Positions 27,694 through 35,725 of a DNA stretch of 61,644 nucleotides are shown piece after piece. A program made the position numbers and the translations under genes. The DNA lies in the sequence record NC_054966.1; one strand, written 5' to 3'. Position 1 is the stretch's first letter; each line of letters starts with the position of its first letter. The stretch is from Klebsiella phage SopranoGao. Below the pieces are notes generated by a model that saw only the letters and a program-made list of their open reading frames with translations, was not told the origin of the DNA and searched no databases.

Positions 27694-30174
27694 TTAAGAA
27701 AGGCGATACCAGGCGGCCAGAACTACGTAGGCGTTCTTCACGCCCAGGGACTGACCGCTACCTAAATTCTCTGTCTGACCAGTGACTGCGTGGTCATGCG
27801 CACCAATATCGACGGTGTGGTCATGCGCGCCAGCTGCCGACGTTGTGCCAAATCCGCCTTCTGCTGAACCGGCAACAGGGTTATCGCTGCCACCCTGCTT
27901 CTGTACGCCTGTACCCCAGGTGTGGTTATGCTGGCCGTTGTTCGAGGTGGTTTTCGTACCCAGGTCTTTGTTCTGCGCGGTACCGCTGATCGATACCTGT
28001 GTTGCCGGGAGGTTCGCGCGGGCGATGGTTACGCTGTCAGCACCGCCGGTCTGCAGCAGGTCGCTGCCGTCCGCTTTCGCCAGGCGGACCGTCTTCTCCA
28101 GTCCCGGAACCAGGATCCAGGTCTGCCCGCTGTATTTGGCGTTCGGGTTGACGTTGGTTGCGAACCAGTGAACCACGCCAGGTTCAAAGGTCTTGTTGCG
28201 TGTGAGGGCCATAAGCTCGCTGACGCGCAGGCTGTAGTCAGTGCCGTTGTGGTTGACCAGCAGCAGATCAGCATCGGCAACTTCCGACGCTGAAATCGGG
28301 TTGAGCGAAGTCAGATAGTCGAGGGATACACCAGCCATAATAGGATCCAGTAGTCTGAGTTTGAAAGCCTGTGCGGTAGCCCAGTCATCCTGGACTATGC
28401 CGCCTGTGTCGCCGCTGTTCGGGTTGAATGCCCAGTAACAGAAGCTGATACCTTCGCTGCCAGCGGGCAGATCGATATCGCCGTCGCCGTCGAAGTCGCC
28501 GTTCATGTACAGCTCAAGGTGATAAAGCCACTGGCACTCGTATTCCGCGTGCGGGGCGATCCCCAGCTCTCCAGCACCATTGGTGCCGAACTTACCGCCG
28601 AACTCGCCAATCCATACAGGCGCGACGCCGTTCTCTACGATAAAGCCCCAGTGCGAGCGCCATACCTCATAGAGATTCATGGGCCAGTTAGCCGGTAGTG
28701 TTTGCCCGTCATAGGCAAGCCAGGATTGCTGGCCTACCGACTGACCGTATTCGTGAGGTGAGTAGACGACGCGGTTCGCCTGGTTCAGCTTAACCGGTCG
28801 AGACGCCACGCCAGCGAGCTGGCCTCCCCACCAGTAACTTTCGCCATTAAACGAACCGACACCTTCAACGAAAATCAGCCAGTGAGGCGCGACATGGTGG
28901 ATAGCATTGCCGCATTGCTCGGCATAATCAGCCCATACCGGCCAGGATAGCGAATAAGGCTCATTATGCAGGTCAGCACCCAGTACATATTCGTTTTCAC
29001 CGAACTGCTGCGCCAGCGCCTTCCAGTTGGCGATCCACGCTGTCAGTGGGTACGTGTCGCTAACCGGTGAACCATCAGCGCCACTACCGGCTGTGCGGCG
29101 GTGGTGGTCAAGGATAACGTAAATTTCTTTCTCTGCGCAGTACGTGATGATGGCGGCCAGAACTTCAAAAGCCGTCTTGCCTACCAGCGTCGGGTTCAGG
29201 TCGTAATTGATGACCCCAGCGGACACGCCTCGCCCGGCGGTCAGCAGATCGCCACTGAAAGGCAGGCGGACAGAGTTGAATCCCATCGCCTTAATCTGGT
29301 CGATGATGGCCTTATAGCCGCGCGCCCAAAGCCCATGCGGCACGTAAACATCAGTTTCTGCACCAAACCAGTTGATCGAACGCAGGCGGAAGTTTTCGCC
29401 AGCGCCGGTAATCAGCTGGTTCCCTCTGGTAGTGATGCGTGTGCCGATTTCTGCGGTGCCGGTGAGCGTCGCGTACTGCTTGCCGCCGTCGTTGATATCG
29501 ATGGAGATCGAACCAGCAAAATCACCTGCAGCCTTCGGCGCGAATGTCACTGACAAGGGATATGAATCACCCGGCTGCAGAATTTCTTCGCTTCCGTTCT
29601 TCTGCAGGAAAGCTCCAGCGACGTTGATAGCGCGCAGAAATACCGGGACTTCGCCCGTATTCGTCATGGTCAGCACCTGGGGCGCTGAAACCTGGTTCAC
29701 GCCGGTGAGCGGGAATGCCAGAGAAGACGGAGTGACGGTGATTTCAGGCAGCTGAACAGGTTCAGGCTGCTTGTCTGGATGAGTGAAGCCTACCAGGACG
29801 ACCGGCGACCCCAGCAGCTCGACGCGCACTATCATCGGCGCGGAACCGAACGTGTAGCATGCGAACTGATACTGTAATCGACGCCCTTTGCTCGTAAGGA
29901 ATTCGACCTTCACAATCTGACGAACGTCATCACCGCCACCGGCCAGCCAAATAACAATCGCTGAATCGGTGAACTGCAAGTTTGTGATCGTCAGCAGGCC
30001 GTTTTCCGTCCTCGCAGCGCAGGCCGCAATGCGCTCACTCGGCTCAATCCAGTGACATGCGTCGAAAGACCAGGCGTGCGTATTCTCCGCCCGCTTGATC
30101 TGACGCTCCATGATGCCGTTACCGATATGCAGGACGGCATCATACTGAGATACGGGGAGATAGCCCGACTGCAT
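27694..30174 (-). CDS. 826-aa receptor-binding protein: N-terminal anchor, Ig-like domain, GH5 (cellulase-family) glycoside hydrolase, C-terminal tail-fibre tip with HxH repeats
   Basis: GH5 motifs LHNEPY (acid/base) and WIGEFG (nucleophile); C-term GAHDHTVDIGAHDHAVTG and Gly-rich repeats; start moved to MQSGY with RBS AGGGA (track ORF N-extension rejected). Confidence 0.65.
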   Translation of the reverse strand: MQSGYLPVSQYDAVLHIGNGIMERQIKRAENTHAWSFDACHWIEPSERIAACAARTENGLLTITNLQFTDSAIVIWLAGGGDDVRQIVKVEFLTSKGRRLQYQFACYTFGSAPMIVRVELLGSPVVLVGFTHPDKQPEPVQLPEITVTPSSLAFPLTGVNQVSAPQVLTMTNTGEVPVFLRAINVAGAFLQKNGSEEILQPGDSYPLSVTFAPKAAGDFAGSISIDINDGGKQYATLTGTAEIGTRITTRGNQLITGAGENFRLRSINWFGAETDVYVPHGLWARGYKAIIDQIKAMGFNSVRLPFSGDLLTAGRGVSAGVINYDLNPTLVGKTAFEVLAAIITYCAEKEIYVILDHHRRTAGSGADGSPVSDTYPLTAWIANWKALAQQFGENEYVLGADLHNEPYSLSWPVWADYAEQCGNAIHHVAPHWLIFVEGVGSFNGESYWWGGQLAGVASRPVKLNQANRVVYSPHEYGQSVGQQSWLAYDGQTLPANWPMNLYEVWRSHWGFIVENGVAPVWIGEFGGKFGTNGAGELGIAPHAEYECQWLYHLELYMNGDFDGDGDIDLPAGSEGISFCYWAFNPNSGDTGGIVQDDWATAQAFKLRLLDPIMAGVSLDYLTSLNPISASEVADADLLLVNHNGTDYSLRVSELMALTRNKTFEPGVVHWFATNVNPNAKYSGQTWILVPGLEKTVRLAKADGSDLLQTGGADSVTIARANLPATQVSISGTAQNKDLGTKTTSNNGQHNHTWGTGVQKQGGSDNPVAGSAEGGFGTTSAAGAHDHTVDIGAHDHAVTGQTENLGSGQSLGVKNAYVVLAAWYRLS
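28405..29397 (-). other. GH5 catalytic domain (aa ~260-590)
   Basis: NEP and GEFG catalytic signatures. Confidence 0.6.
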
Positions 30175-30190
30175 CGGGCGTCCCTGGTAC

Positions 30191-30808
30191 TCAGAAAAAG
30201 CTGGCTTTGGTGCGCTTTCTGGCACGCTGCTGCCCTCGCATGTTGTAGGCAAAATTCCGGTCAAGCATTGCGGTGAACCTGGAATCGAACACCGCCGCCA
30301 TCTGCGGGTTAGTGAATGGCTGGTTCGGGATAAGCAGGAGTGTGGACAGGGCACCATCCGCCAGCGCCTGCGCGAACTGCTCAAAAAAGAACTGCGGCAG
30401 CTCGTCAGCAGTCTGCGACGGTTTCAGCCACATCGATAGGCGAACCGTTCCAGGACTGCCTGCAGGCATCAGCAGAAGGGTATCCGGCAGCTGCTGCGAG
30501 AACCGGCGTGGATAGCCGTTGTCGTGAAACAGCATATCTTCTGCGTAGCCAGTCGGCTCCAGCTCCTGCTCTTCGAACCAGGCCTTTTCGATCTCATGAA
30601 GTGCTGTGCCCGGCACGATGGCCGGGATAACGACACGGCTTTCGCCGTCTGTCTCGAATTCGTCCACGTCGCGCCAGCAGCGCGTGCGCTCACATAACGT
30701 GATTGCGGCGTCGCGAAGGTGATCGACGGCCAGCGGCTCCGGGCAACCCGGCGCGTACATGAGGACTTTTGGATACAGGTCTTCAATCGGTCTGTTGGTA
30801 GGCATCAT
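30191..30808 (-). CDS. 205-aa tail/adaptor protein (unknown)
   Basis: 4-nt overlap with upstream gene; module context. Confidence 0.4.
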   Translation of the reverse strand: MMPTNRPIEDLYPKVLMYAPGCPEPLAVDHLRDAAITLCERTRCWRDVDEFETDGESRVVIPAIVPGTALHEIEKAWFEEQELEPTGYAEDMLFHDNGYPRRFSQQLPDTLLLMPAGSPGTVRLSMWLKPSQTADELPQFFFEQFAQALADGALSTLLLIPNQPFTNPQMAAVFDSRFTAMLDRNFAYNMRGQQRARKRTKASFF

Positions 30809-31533
30809 TGCTGCGTTACCCCCACAGCACCGCGACCAACGCCGGATTTGACGTTAGGCGACATGTTGGTTTCGACCGTTACCTGAATACCCAGCTCGTT
30901 GGCGTACTGCTGATACCATGCTGCGGCGCGTGCTGCGGCACCAGCTACCTGGGCGTCCTTCGCGTAAGCGCGGTGGAGAACGAAATACAGCAGCGCGTTC
31001 GAGTAAATTTCATTGACGGTGAGCGGCAGGTCGTAGCTTTCGAGGCTGTGAGCGTCAGCGCCATCAGCCAGGACGACAGCCTGCGGGATCTCCGACAATA
31101 CCGCCTCGATGTAGCCGGTGCCGTCGTTGCCGGGATAGACATAGAATGCGCGCGGGTTAGCCTCATCGAAAACGATGTGTTTGGCCTGCTGGCGGTACCG
31201 CACGGAATCAGGGTCATGCCAGGACGGATTGACGGCATCGAGCGCATCGACGCCGACCACAGAGACGATCTTACGCGGCATCCGGTCCGACTTATCGCCG
31301 CGCATATTCCGCACCACGCGCAGAATGCCGTTATATTTCGTCGGGATGCTCTGATAGGTGCCTTCGGCCAGCGGCAGCGTGACAGTTACCGCCGTCGCGC
31401 TGGGCTTCTGCGTCACAATAGCCAGCAGGCCATCATTCAGCCACTTCAGCAGCTCCGGAAGATCCCAGCGAACGTAGCCTTCATCGAGCAGGAGAATTCC
31501 CGCCCGGTCCAGAAGCTCTTTCGCGGTCTTCAT
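30805..31533 (-). CDS. 242-aa structural protein (unknown)
   Basis: module context. Confidence 0.4.
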   Translation of the reverse strand: MKTAKELLDRAGILLLDEGYVRWDLPELLKWLNDGLLAIVTQKPSATAVTVTLPLAEGTYQSIPTKYNGILRVVRNMRGDKSDRMPRKIVSVVGVDALDAVNPSWHDPDSVRYRQQAKHIVFDEANPRAFYVYPGNDGTGYIEAVLSEIPQAVVLADGADAHSLESYDLPLTVNEIYSNALLYFVLHRAYAKDAQVAGAAARAAAWYQQYANELGIQVTVETNMSPNVKSGVGRGAVGVTQQ

Positions 31534-32183
31534 CAGGAGATCCCCAGCAGGGTTTTAGCTGCAGCCTGGTCAGCGGCCTGCAGCAGCTGCCGACCGAAAG
31601 CGCCAGCATCTGAGATATTGGCCGCCGTGGGCTGGTAGTTACCTGCCTTCGCCTGGGTGGCGGTGGTACCGATCACCAGGTTCGAGTTACCAATACCTGC
31701 GCCAATAGCCGAACGTGCTGCAGCGGCATCAGCAGCCGTCAGGACGTTTGCGCCTACGGTACTAGCCCCCAGTGCTGTGCGTGCTGCTGCGGCATCGGCT
31801 GCGGTGAGCAGGTTTTTACCAATGGTGGAAGCGTCAGTAATATCTGCGCTGGTTATATCGCTGGCACCGCCGCCGGTATCGCCACCTTTCGCCAGCACCA
31901 TGAAAAACGTGTTGTTTGGACCGACTTCTGCCCGGACCACCGGGTAAAAATCGTCGATCACGGCATCGGCAAGCGCCTGGTTGAAACGCACCAGGCCCAC
32001 AGCCTTAATGACTTTGCAGGCATCGACCGGCGTGCCGGTATCAACCATGACGATGCTCACATCGCCGTTGGAGATCGGGATTATCGAGCCATGCGGAGAA
32101 AAGCCGTCAGTGACAGCAGCAGCGATAAGGCCGTTCAGACGGTCCAGGCCGTCAGCGGAGATAACTTTGCAAGCATCGATCAT
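31533..32183 (-). CDS. 216-aa protein with three tandem Ala-rich tail-fibre-like repeats (LLTAADAAAARTALGAS x3) and internal N-terminal duplication
   Basis: repeats read in translation. Confidence 0.45.
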   Translation of the reverse strand: MIDACKVISADGLDRLNGLIAAAVTDGFSPHGSIIPISNGDVSIVMVDTGTPVDACKVIKAVGLVRFNQALADAVIDDFYPVVRAEVGPNNTFFMVLAKGGDTGGGASDITSADITDASTIGKNLLTAADAAAARTALGASTVGANVLTAADAAAARSAIGAGIGNSNLVIGTTATQAKAGNYQPTAANISDAGAFGRQLLQAADQAAAKTLLGIS

Positions 32184-32192
32184 GGTTTCCCC

Positions 32193-32846
32193 TTACGCTT
32201 CGCTGATTGCGCGCTTCAGGTTGGCGGCGGTCATGCTCTTGGCCGGGTTACGCTTGAACACTTTCTTGTATTCAGCGCGCAGGGTTTCCAGCTCATCTTC
32301 GGTGTCGATCTGGTCCGGGCCGTTAGAGGACTGCTCACCGGCATTGCCGCCGTTCTGACCTGCGTCGGCAGCATCATCGGTGCTGTCTTCGTCTTCGCCG
32401 TCTTCAGCAGCGGCAGGAGTGCCAGCAACAACCGCCGGGGCGGTCGGGACAGTGGCCTGCAGCTCCAGCAGCACCTGGTCGATCCACTCGGTACGGTCTT
32501 CATCGTCCAGCTCGTTCCACTCGTCCGGGGTCTTGCCGGAATCCTTCTGTGCCATTTCCACAACGTCAGCCAGCTCAATGGTGCCGCCGGGGATATTGTA
32601 GACAGGGCTATGGAGTGCGCTGGTTTTCAGGTCGATTTTAACGCGCGGCTTCTCTTCTTCCTGTTCGCCTTCGGCGGAGCGATAGCCCTCAGTGATGCGC
32701 AGCAGCGTGGAGATATGAGAGGCTTCGGCCACTTCAGCGATATGGCGGGGATCGGCCTCGCTCGGCTTGAAATGGTACTCAACGCGCGGGGCTTCGAGCT
32801 GTACGCGGGAACCGCCAGGGCGATGGAGGATGCATTCAATTTTCAT
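32193..32846 (-). CDS. 217-aa acidic protein (unknown, head module)
   Basis: Asp/Glu-rich C-terminal half. Confidence 0.4.
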   Translation of the reverse strand: MKIECILHRPGGSRVQLEAPRVEYHFKPSEADPRHIAEVAEASHISTLLRITEGYRSAEGEQEEEKPRVKIDLKTSALHSPVYNIPGGTIELADVVEMAQKDSGKTPDEWNELDDEDRTEWIDQVLLELQATVPTAPAVVAGTPAAAEDGEDEDSTDDAADAGQNGGNAGEQSSNGPDQIDTEDELETLRAEYKKVFKRNPAKSMTAANLKRAISEA

Positions 32847-32897
32847 GGATATTCCTCGGAACGATGAAAAGACAGGGGCTTTCGCCCCTGCTGGTGA

Positions 32898-33362
32898 TTA
32901 CTGCTGGTACTGCGCGATGGAGAGCAGCAGACCGATCTTCTTGCCTGCACCGGCGGTGACAGCTGCGGAGAACTTCACGCCAATGGAGCGGTCTTTCTGC
33001 GTCGGACTGACCAGCAGGGCGGCCGACTTCGCCAGCTGGGTAACTTCAGCGGTCAGCGCAGCAGCTGCGAACAGCTCGGTACCAACGGTACGGGCGGAAC
33101 CGTCTTCGTTGGTCGGCTCACCGGTGAGGCCGGACATAAGGCCAACATCAACGGTCGCCGCGCCCAGGCTTCCCACCGTGATCAGCTTCGCATCAACGAT
33201 GCGGGCATACGGAGGGAGTACAGCCAGCTCAATGATATCGCCGCCAGCGATGCCCGCCGCCGGTACATCCATGATGTATAGCAGGTCATGCGCCGAAAAT
33301 GCGGTTTGCGGGCGCGGGGGATTCAGCATCCCTACTGCCCACGGAGATTGAATCAGTGCCAT
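32898..33362 (-). CDS. 154-aa head-associated protein (unknown)
   Basis: immediately downstream of capsid gene. Confidence 0.4.
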   Translation of the reverse strand: MALIQSPWAVGMLNPPRPQTAFSAHDLLYIMDVPAAGIAGGDIIELAVLPPYARIVDAKLITVGSLGAATVDVGLMSGLTGEPTNEDGSARTVGTELFAAAALTAEVTQLAKSAALLVSPTQKDRSIGVKFSAAVTAGAGKKIGLLLSIAQYQQ

Positions 33363-33374
33363 GTGGTGATCCCC

Positions 33375-34478
33375 TTATGCTGCGTTCGGGTCTTTCGCTG
33401 CGGTGTCGATTGCCACCACGCCGAAATCGCGCTTGTTGAAACGGGTCTTGCTGATGCCGATGATGGTACCGGCGGCAACAGACGGCTCGTTGTCGTAGTC
33501 AGCCAGCTTCTCTTTCCAGGTGAAGTTCAGGCCTTTGGTGGTGCCATAAGCAACCACACCAGCCTGGCGACCCAGGAAGAGCGCGCGGGCGGCTTTGACG
33601 TTGGACGCTGCGCCGTAGTCGCTGAAGCGGATAACGTCGCGGTGCTTGTGCAGCACAATGTCATCGATCATGCCCAGGCCACCTTTGAAGATGACGTTGG
33701 CTTTACCTTCAGCAGCAGCGGCGGCTTTCTGGATATCCAGCCAGCCCGCACCGGCTTCGGTACGCAGGTCAAACGCCTGGGTCGGGTTCATCACCAGCAC
33801 GTAGTGGTCGCTGCCGCCGATAGGGATCGGGAGCAGGTTGGCGCTACGCGGGTCGAGCGCACGCATCATCGCTGCCTTATGGCTCGCCTTCTCAATCAGC
33901 AGGCGGGTCATTTTGTCGTCAGCGGTCAGGGTGGCTTTGCTGGTGGCGGAACCACCGAACAGCAGATGCTGGCCGTCCGGGGTGCGGATCGGGTTGCCTG
34001 CGTGCCCGGCGTAGTCGGACGGGAACGATTCATAGTTCTCGTTCATGCCGCGAGCGCCCGACAGGTAGATGAAGAACATCTGATCGATGTACTGGCCCCA
34101 CCATTCGGACAGGCGTTTTTTCGCAACGTCACGCAGATCGTGAGCGGTACGCTTGCGGGTCATCTTGCCGCCGCAGGAAACAGACTTACGCAGCTGGTCA
34201 ATGATGATTTCGTCGGAGAAGAACTTCAGCTGTTCTTCGTTGCCTTCCATACGCTGGTCGCCGGAAACCGGGCCGCCGCGTAACTGGACGGAGAGATCGA
34301 AGCTAATGCGGTCGCCCACATCAGCATCGAGTTCGGTCTTGCGCTGGATTACTGCGTCATCACCTTTACCGATGAATTTTTCCCAGTAGCTCTTCCCCAG
34401 CGTTTCCGCGTAGAGACGCGCCGACCATTTTTTCTGCGCCTGGACATCATTGCCCCAGGTGATAGTGGTTTGGCTCAT
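33375..34478 (-). CDS. major capsid protein candidate (367 aa)
   Basis: position after scaffold; size; abundant-protein codon usage and strong RBS. Confidence 0.55.
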   Translation of the reverse strand: MSQTTITWGNDVQAQKKWSARLYAETLGKSYWEKFIGKGDDAVIQRKTELDADVGDRISFDLSVQLRGGPVSGDQRMEGNEEQLKFFSDEIIIDQLRKSVSCGGKMTRKRTAHDLRDVAKKRLSEWWGQYIDQMFFIYLSGARGMNENYESFPSDYAGHAGNPIRTPDGQHLLFGGSATSKATLTADDKMTRLLIEKASHKAAMMRALDPRSANLLPIPIGGSDHYVLVMNPTQAFDLRTEAGAGWLDIQKAAAAAEGKANVIFKGGLGMIDDIVLHKHRDVIRFSDYGAASNVKAARALFLGRQAGVVAYGTTKGLNFTWKEKLADYDNEPSVAAGTIIGISKTRFNKRDFGVVAIDTAAKDPNAA

Positions 34479-34556
34479 AATGTGCCCTCAAGAACGTGCG
34501 GTGTGTCGGGATCGCCGCACGTCTTGCGCAGCATTACGTTTCGATTATCGAATGCC

Positions 34557-34573
34557 TGTTGCTGAAATGCAAA
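34557..34573. promoter_or_regulatory. imperfect operator-like palindrome GTTGC-TGAAATG-CAAAC upstream of capsid gene
   Basis: member of GTTGC/GCAAC motif family; shares 16-mer GAAATGCAAACACTCA with 41347-41362. Confidence 0.4.
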
Positions 34574-34576
34574 CAC

Positions 34577-34786
34577 TCATGTCATGCCAATGGCGTTTTT
34601 GCTTTGAATGTCAACCTCCTGTTGCCCTTCTTTTGCGTCGGGGCGCTTATCGCAGTGAATAATAACCTCATCCGGCGCGTCGATGACCAAACCGCACCGC
34701 CTGCCAGCTTTGTACACCAGGCGAACGGTGGCATCGCCAATTTTGAGAACGTCACCATCACGCAAATCGAATTTAAGTGCCCCCAC
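34577..34786 (-). CDS. CsrA/RsmA-family RNA-binding protein homologue (69 aa)
   Basis: LKFDLRDGDVLKIGDATVRLVYKAGRRCGLVIDAPDEVIIH aligns with CsrA [42 protein letters not shown]. Confidence 0.6.
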   Translation of the reverse strand: MGALKFDLRDGDVLKIGDATVRLVYKAGRRCGLVIDAPDEVIIHCDKRPDAKEGQQEVDIQSKNAIGMT

Positions 34787-34797
34787 GCTGCTTCTCC

Positions 34798-35718
34798 TTA
34801 TCGACGGGTGTAAGCGTCGTATTCTTCGGCGCTCATGCGGGCGATAGTCTCCTGGTACTTCTGAGGATCGCTATCAGCCATGCGGTCGAGCGCTGCGAAC
34901 TTGCCATCGTCGGTATCTTCCGGCGCGGCAGCGGGCACCTTCGCCAGTGTCGGGGGGATATCCAGCGCCTTTTGCTGCTGCTTCGGCTGCTGCTGGGCCG
35001 CCTGCTCCTGCTTCGGATTTTCGCTCGCCGGTTTCGGCGGTGCAATTCCGCGCTCATCGGCCCAAATGCGATACGCCCGCTCAAGGTCAGCCTCACCATA
35101 GCGCAGACCCTGCTCTGCCTTCGCTTTCGTGATGCTCTGCACCAGAATATCGAGGGCTTTAAAGTCCTCCTCGCTGGCGTAAATTTCAGGGTGACGCTCA
35201 GCAAACGCCTTCACATCGGCCTGCCACTGGCGCTCGATCTGCTGTTCGACGCTTTCGCGGTTCAGCTCGTCTTTACGCTGCTGCCAGTCCAGATCCCCGC
35301 GCTCTTTGTTCAGCTCGCGCAGCTGGGCATTATATTCGCGGGTGGTAAGCTCGCCCTCTTCGAACTTCTCGATCAGCTCTTCTTCGCGCTTATCGATATC
35401 GTCATACTTAGCCTTCAGTTCTTCGGTTGCCACCGGCTTAAATACCGGCTGTGGCACCGGCGCTTCAGGCTGCTGGGCTTTCTGCTGCTCCTGTTGGTCC
35501 TGCTGCTCTTCCTGCTGCTGTTCTTCCGGCTTCCCATCTTTCTCAGGGTCTGGCTTTTTGTCCGGATCGGTGTCCTGCTCTTCTTCCTGCTGTTGCTGCT
35601 GGGCGGCAACCTGATCCAAATCTACCTCCTGGTGCTCGGAATCACTATCCGGCGCTTCCAGGGCGGCGCGCTCTTCTTCGGTCAGGTTAGCCAGAATGCT
35701 TTCATCGATATCAGCCAT
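34798..35718 (-). CDS. scaffolding protein candidate (306 aa, acidic, coiled coil)
   Basis: Glu/Gln/Asp-rich, between portal and capsid. Confidence 0.5.
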   Translation of the reverse strand: MADIDESILANLTEEERAALEAPDSDSEHQEVDLDQVAAQQQQQEEEQDTDPDKKPDPEKDGKPEEQQQEEQQDQQEQQKAQQPEAPVPQPVFKPVATEELKAKYDDIDKREEELIEKFEEGELTTREYNAQLRELNKERGDLDWQQRKDELNRESVEQQIERQWQADVKAFAERHPEIYASEEDFKALDILVQSITKAKAEQGLRYGEADLERAYRIWADERGIAPPKPASENPKQEQAAQQQPKQQQKALDIPPTLAKVPAAAPEDTDDGKFAALDRMADSDPQKYQETIARMSAEEYDAYTRR

Positions 35719-35725
35719 AAGTTCC

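Noticed and set aside
30175-30384. First 70 codons of track ORF 27694-30384 (MSSSRRRWRMVPCPH...)
   Set aside because: It is an Arg/Ser/Cys-rich stretch overlapping the upstream gene in another frame. A good RBS precedes the internal Met at 30174, which starts the conserved anchor domain.
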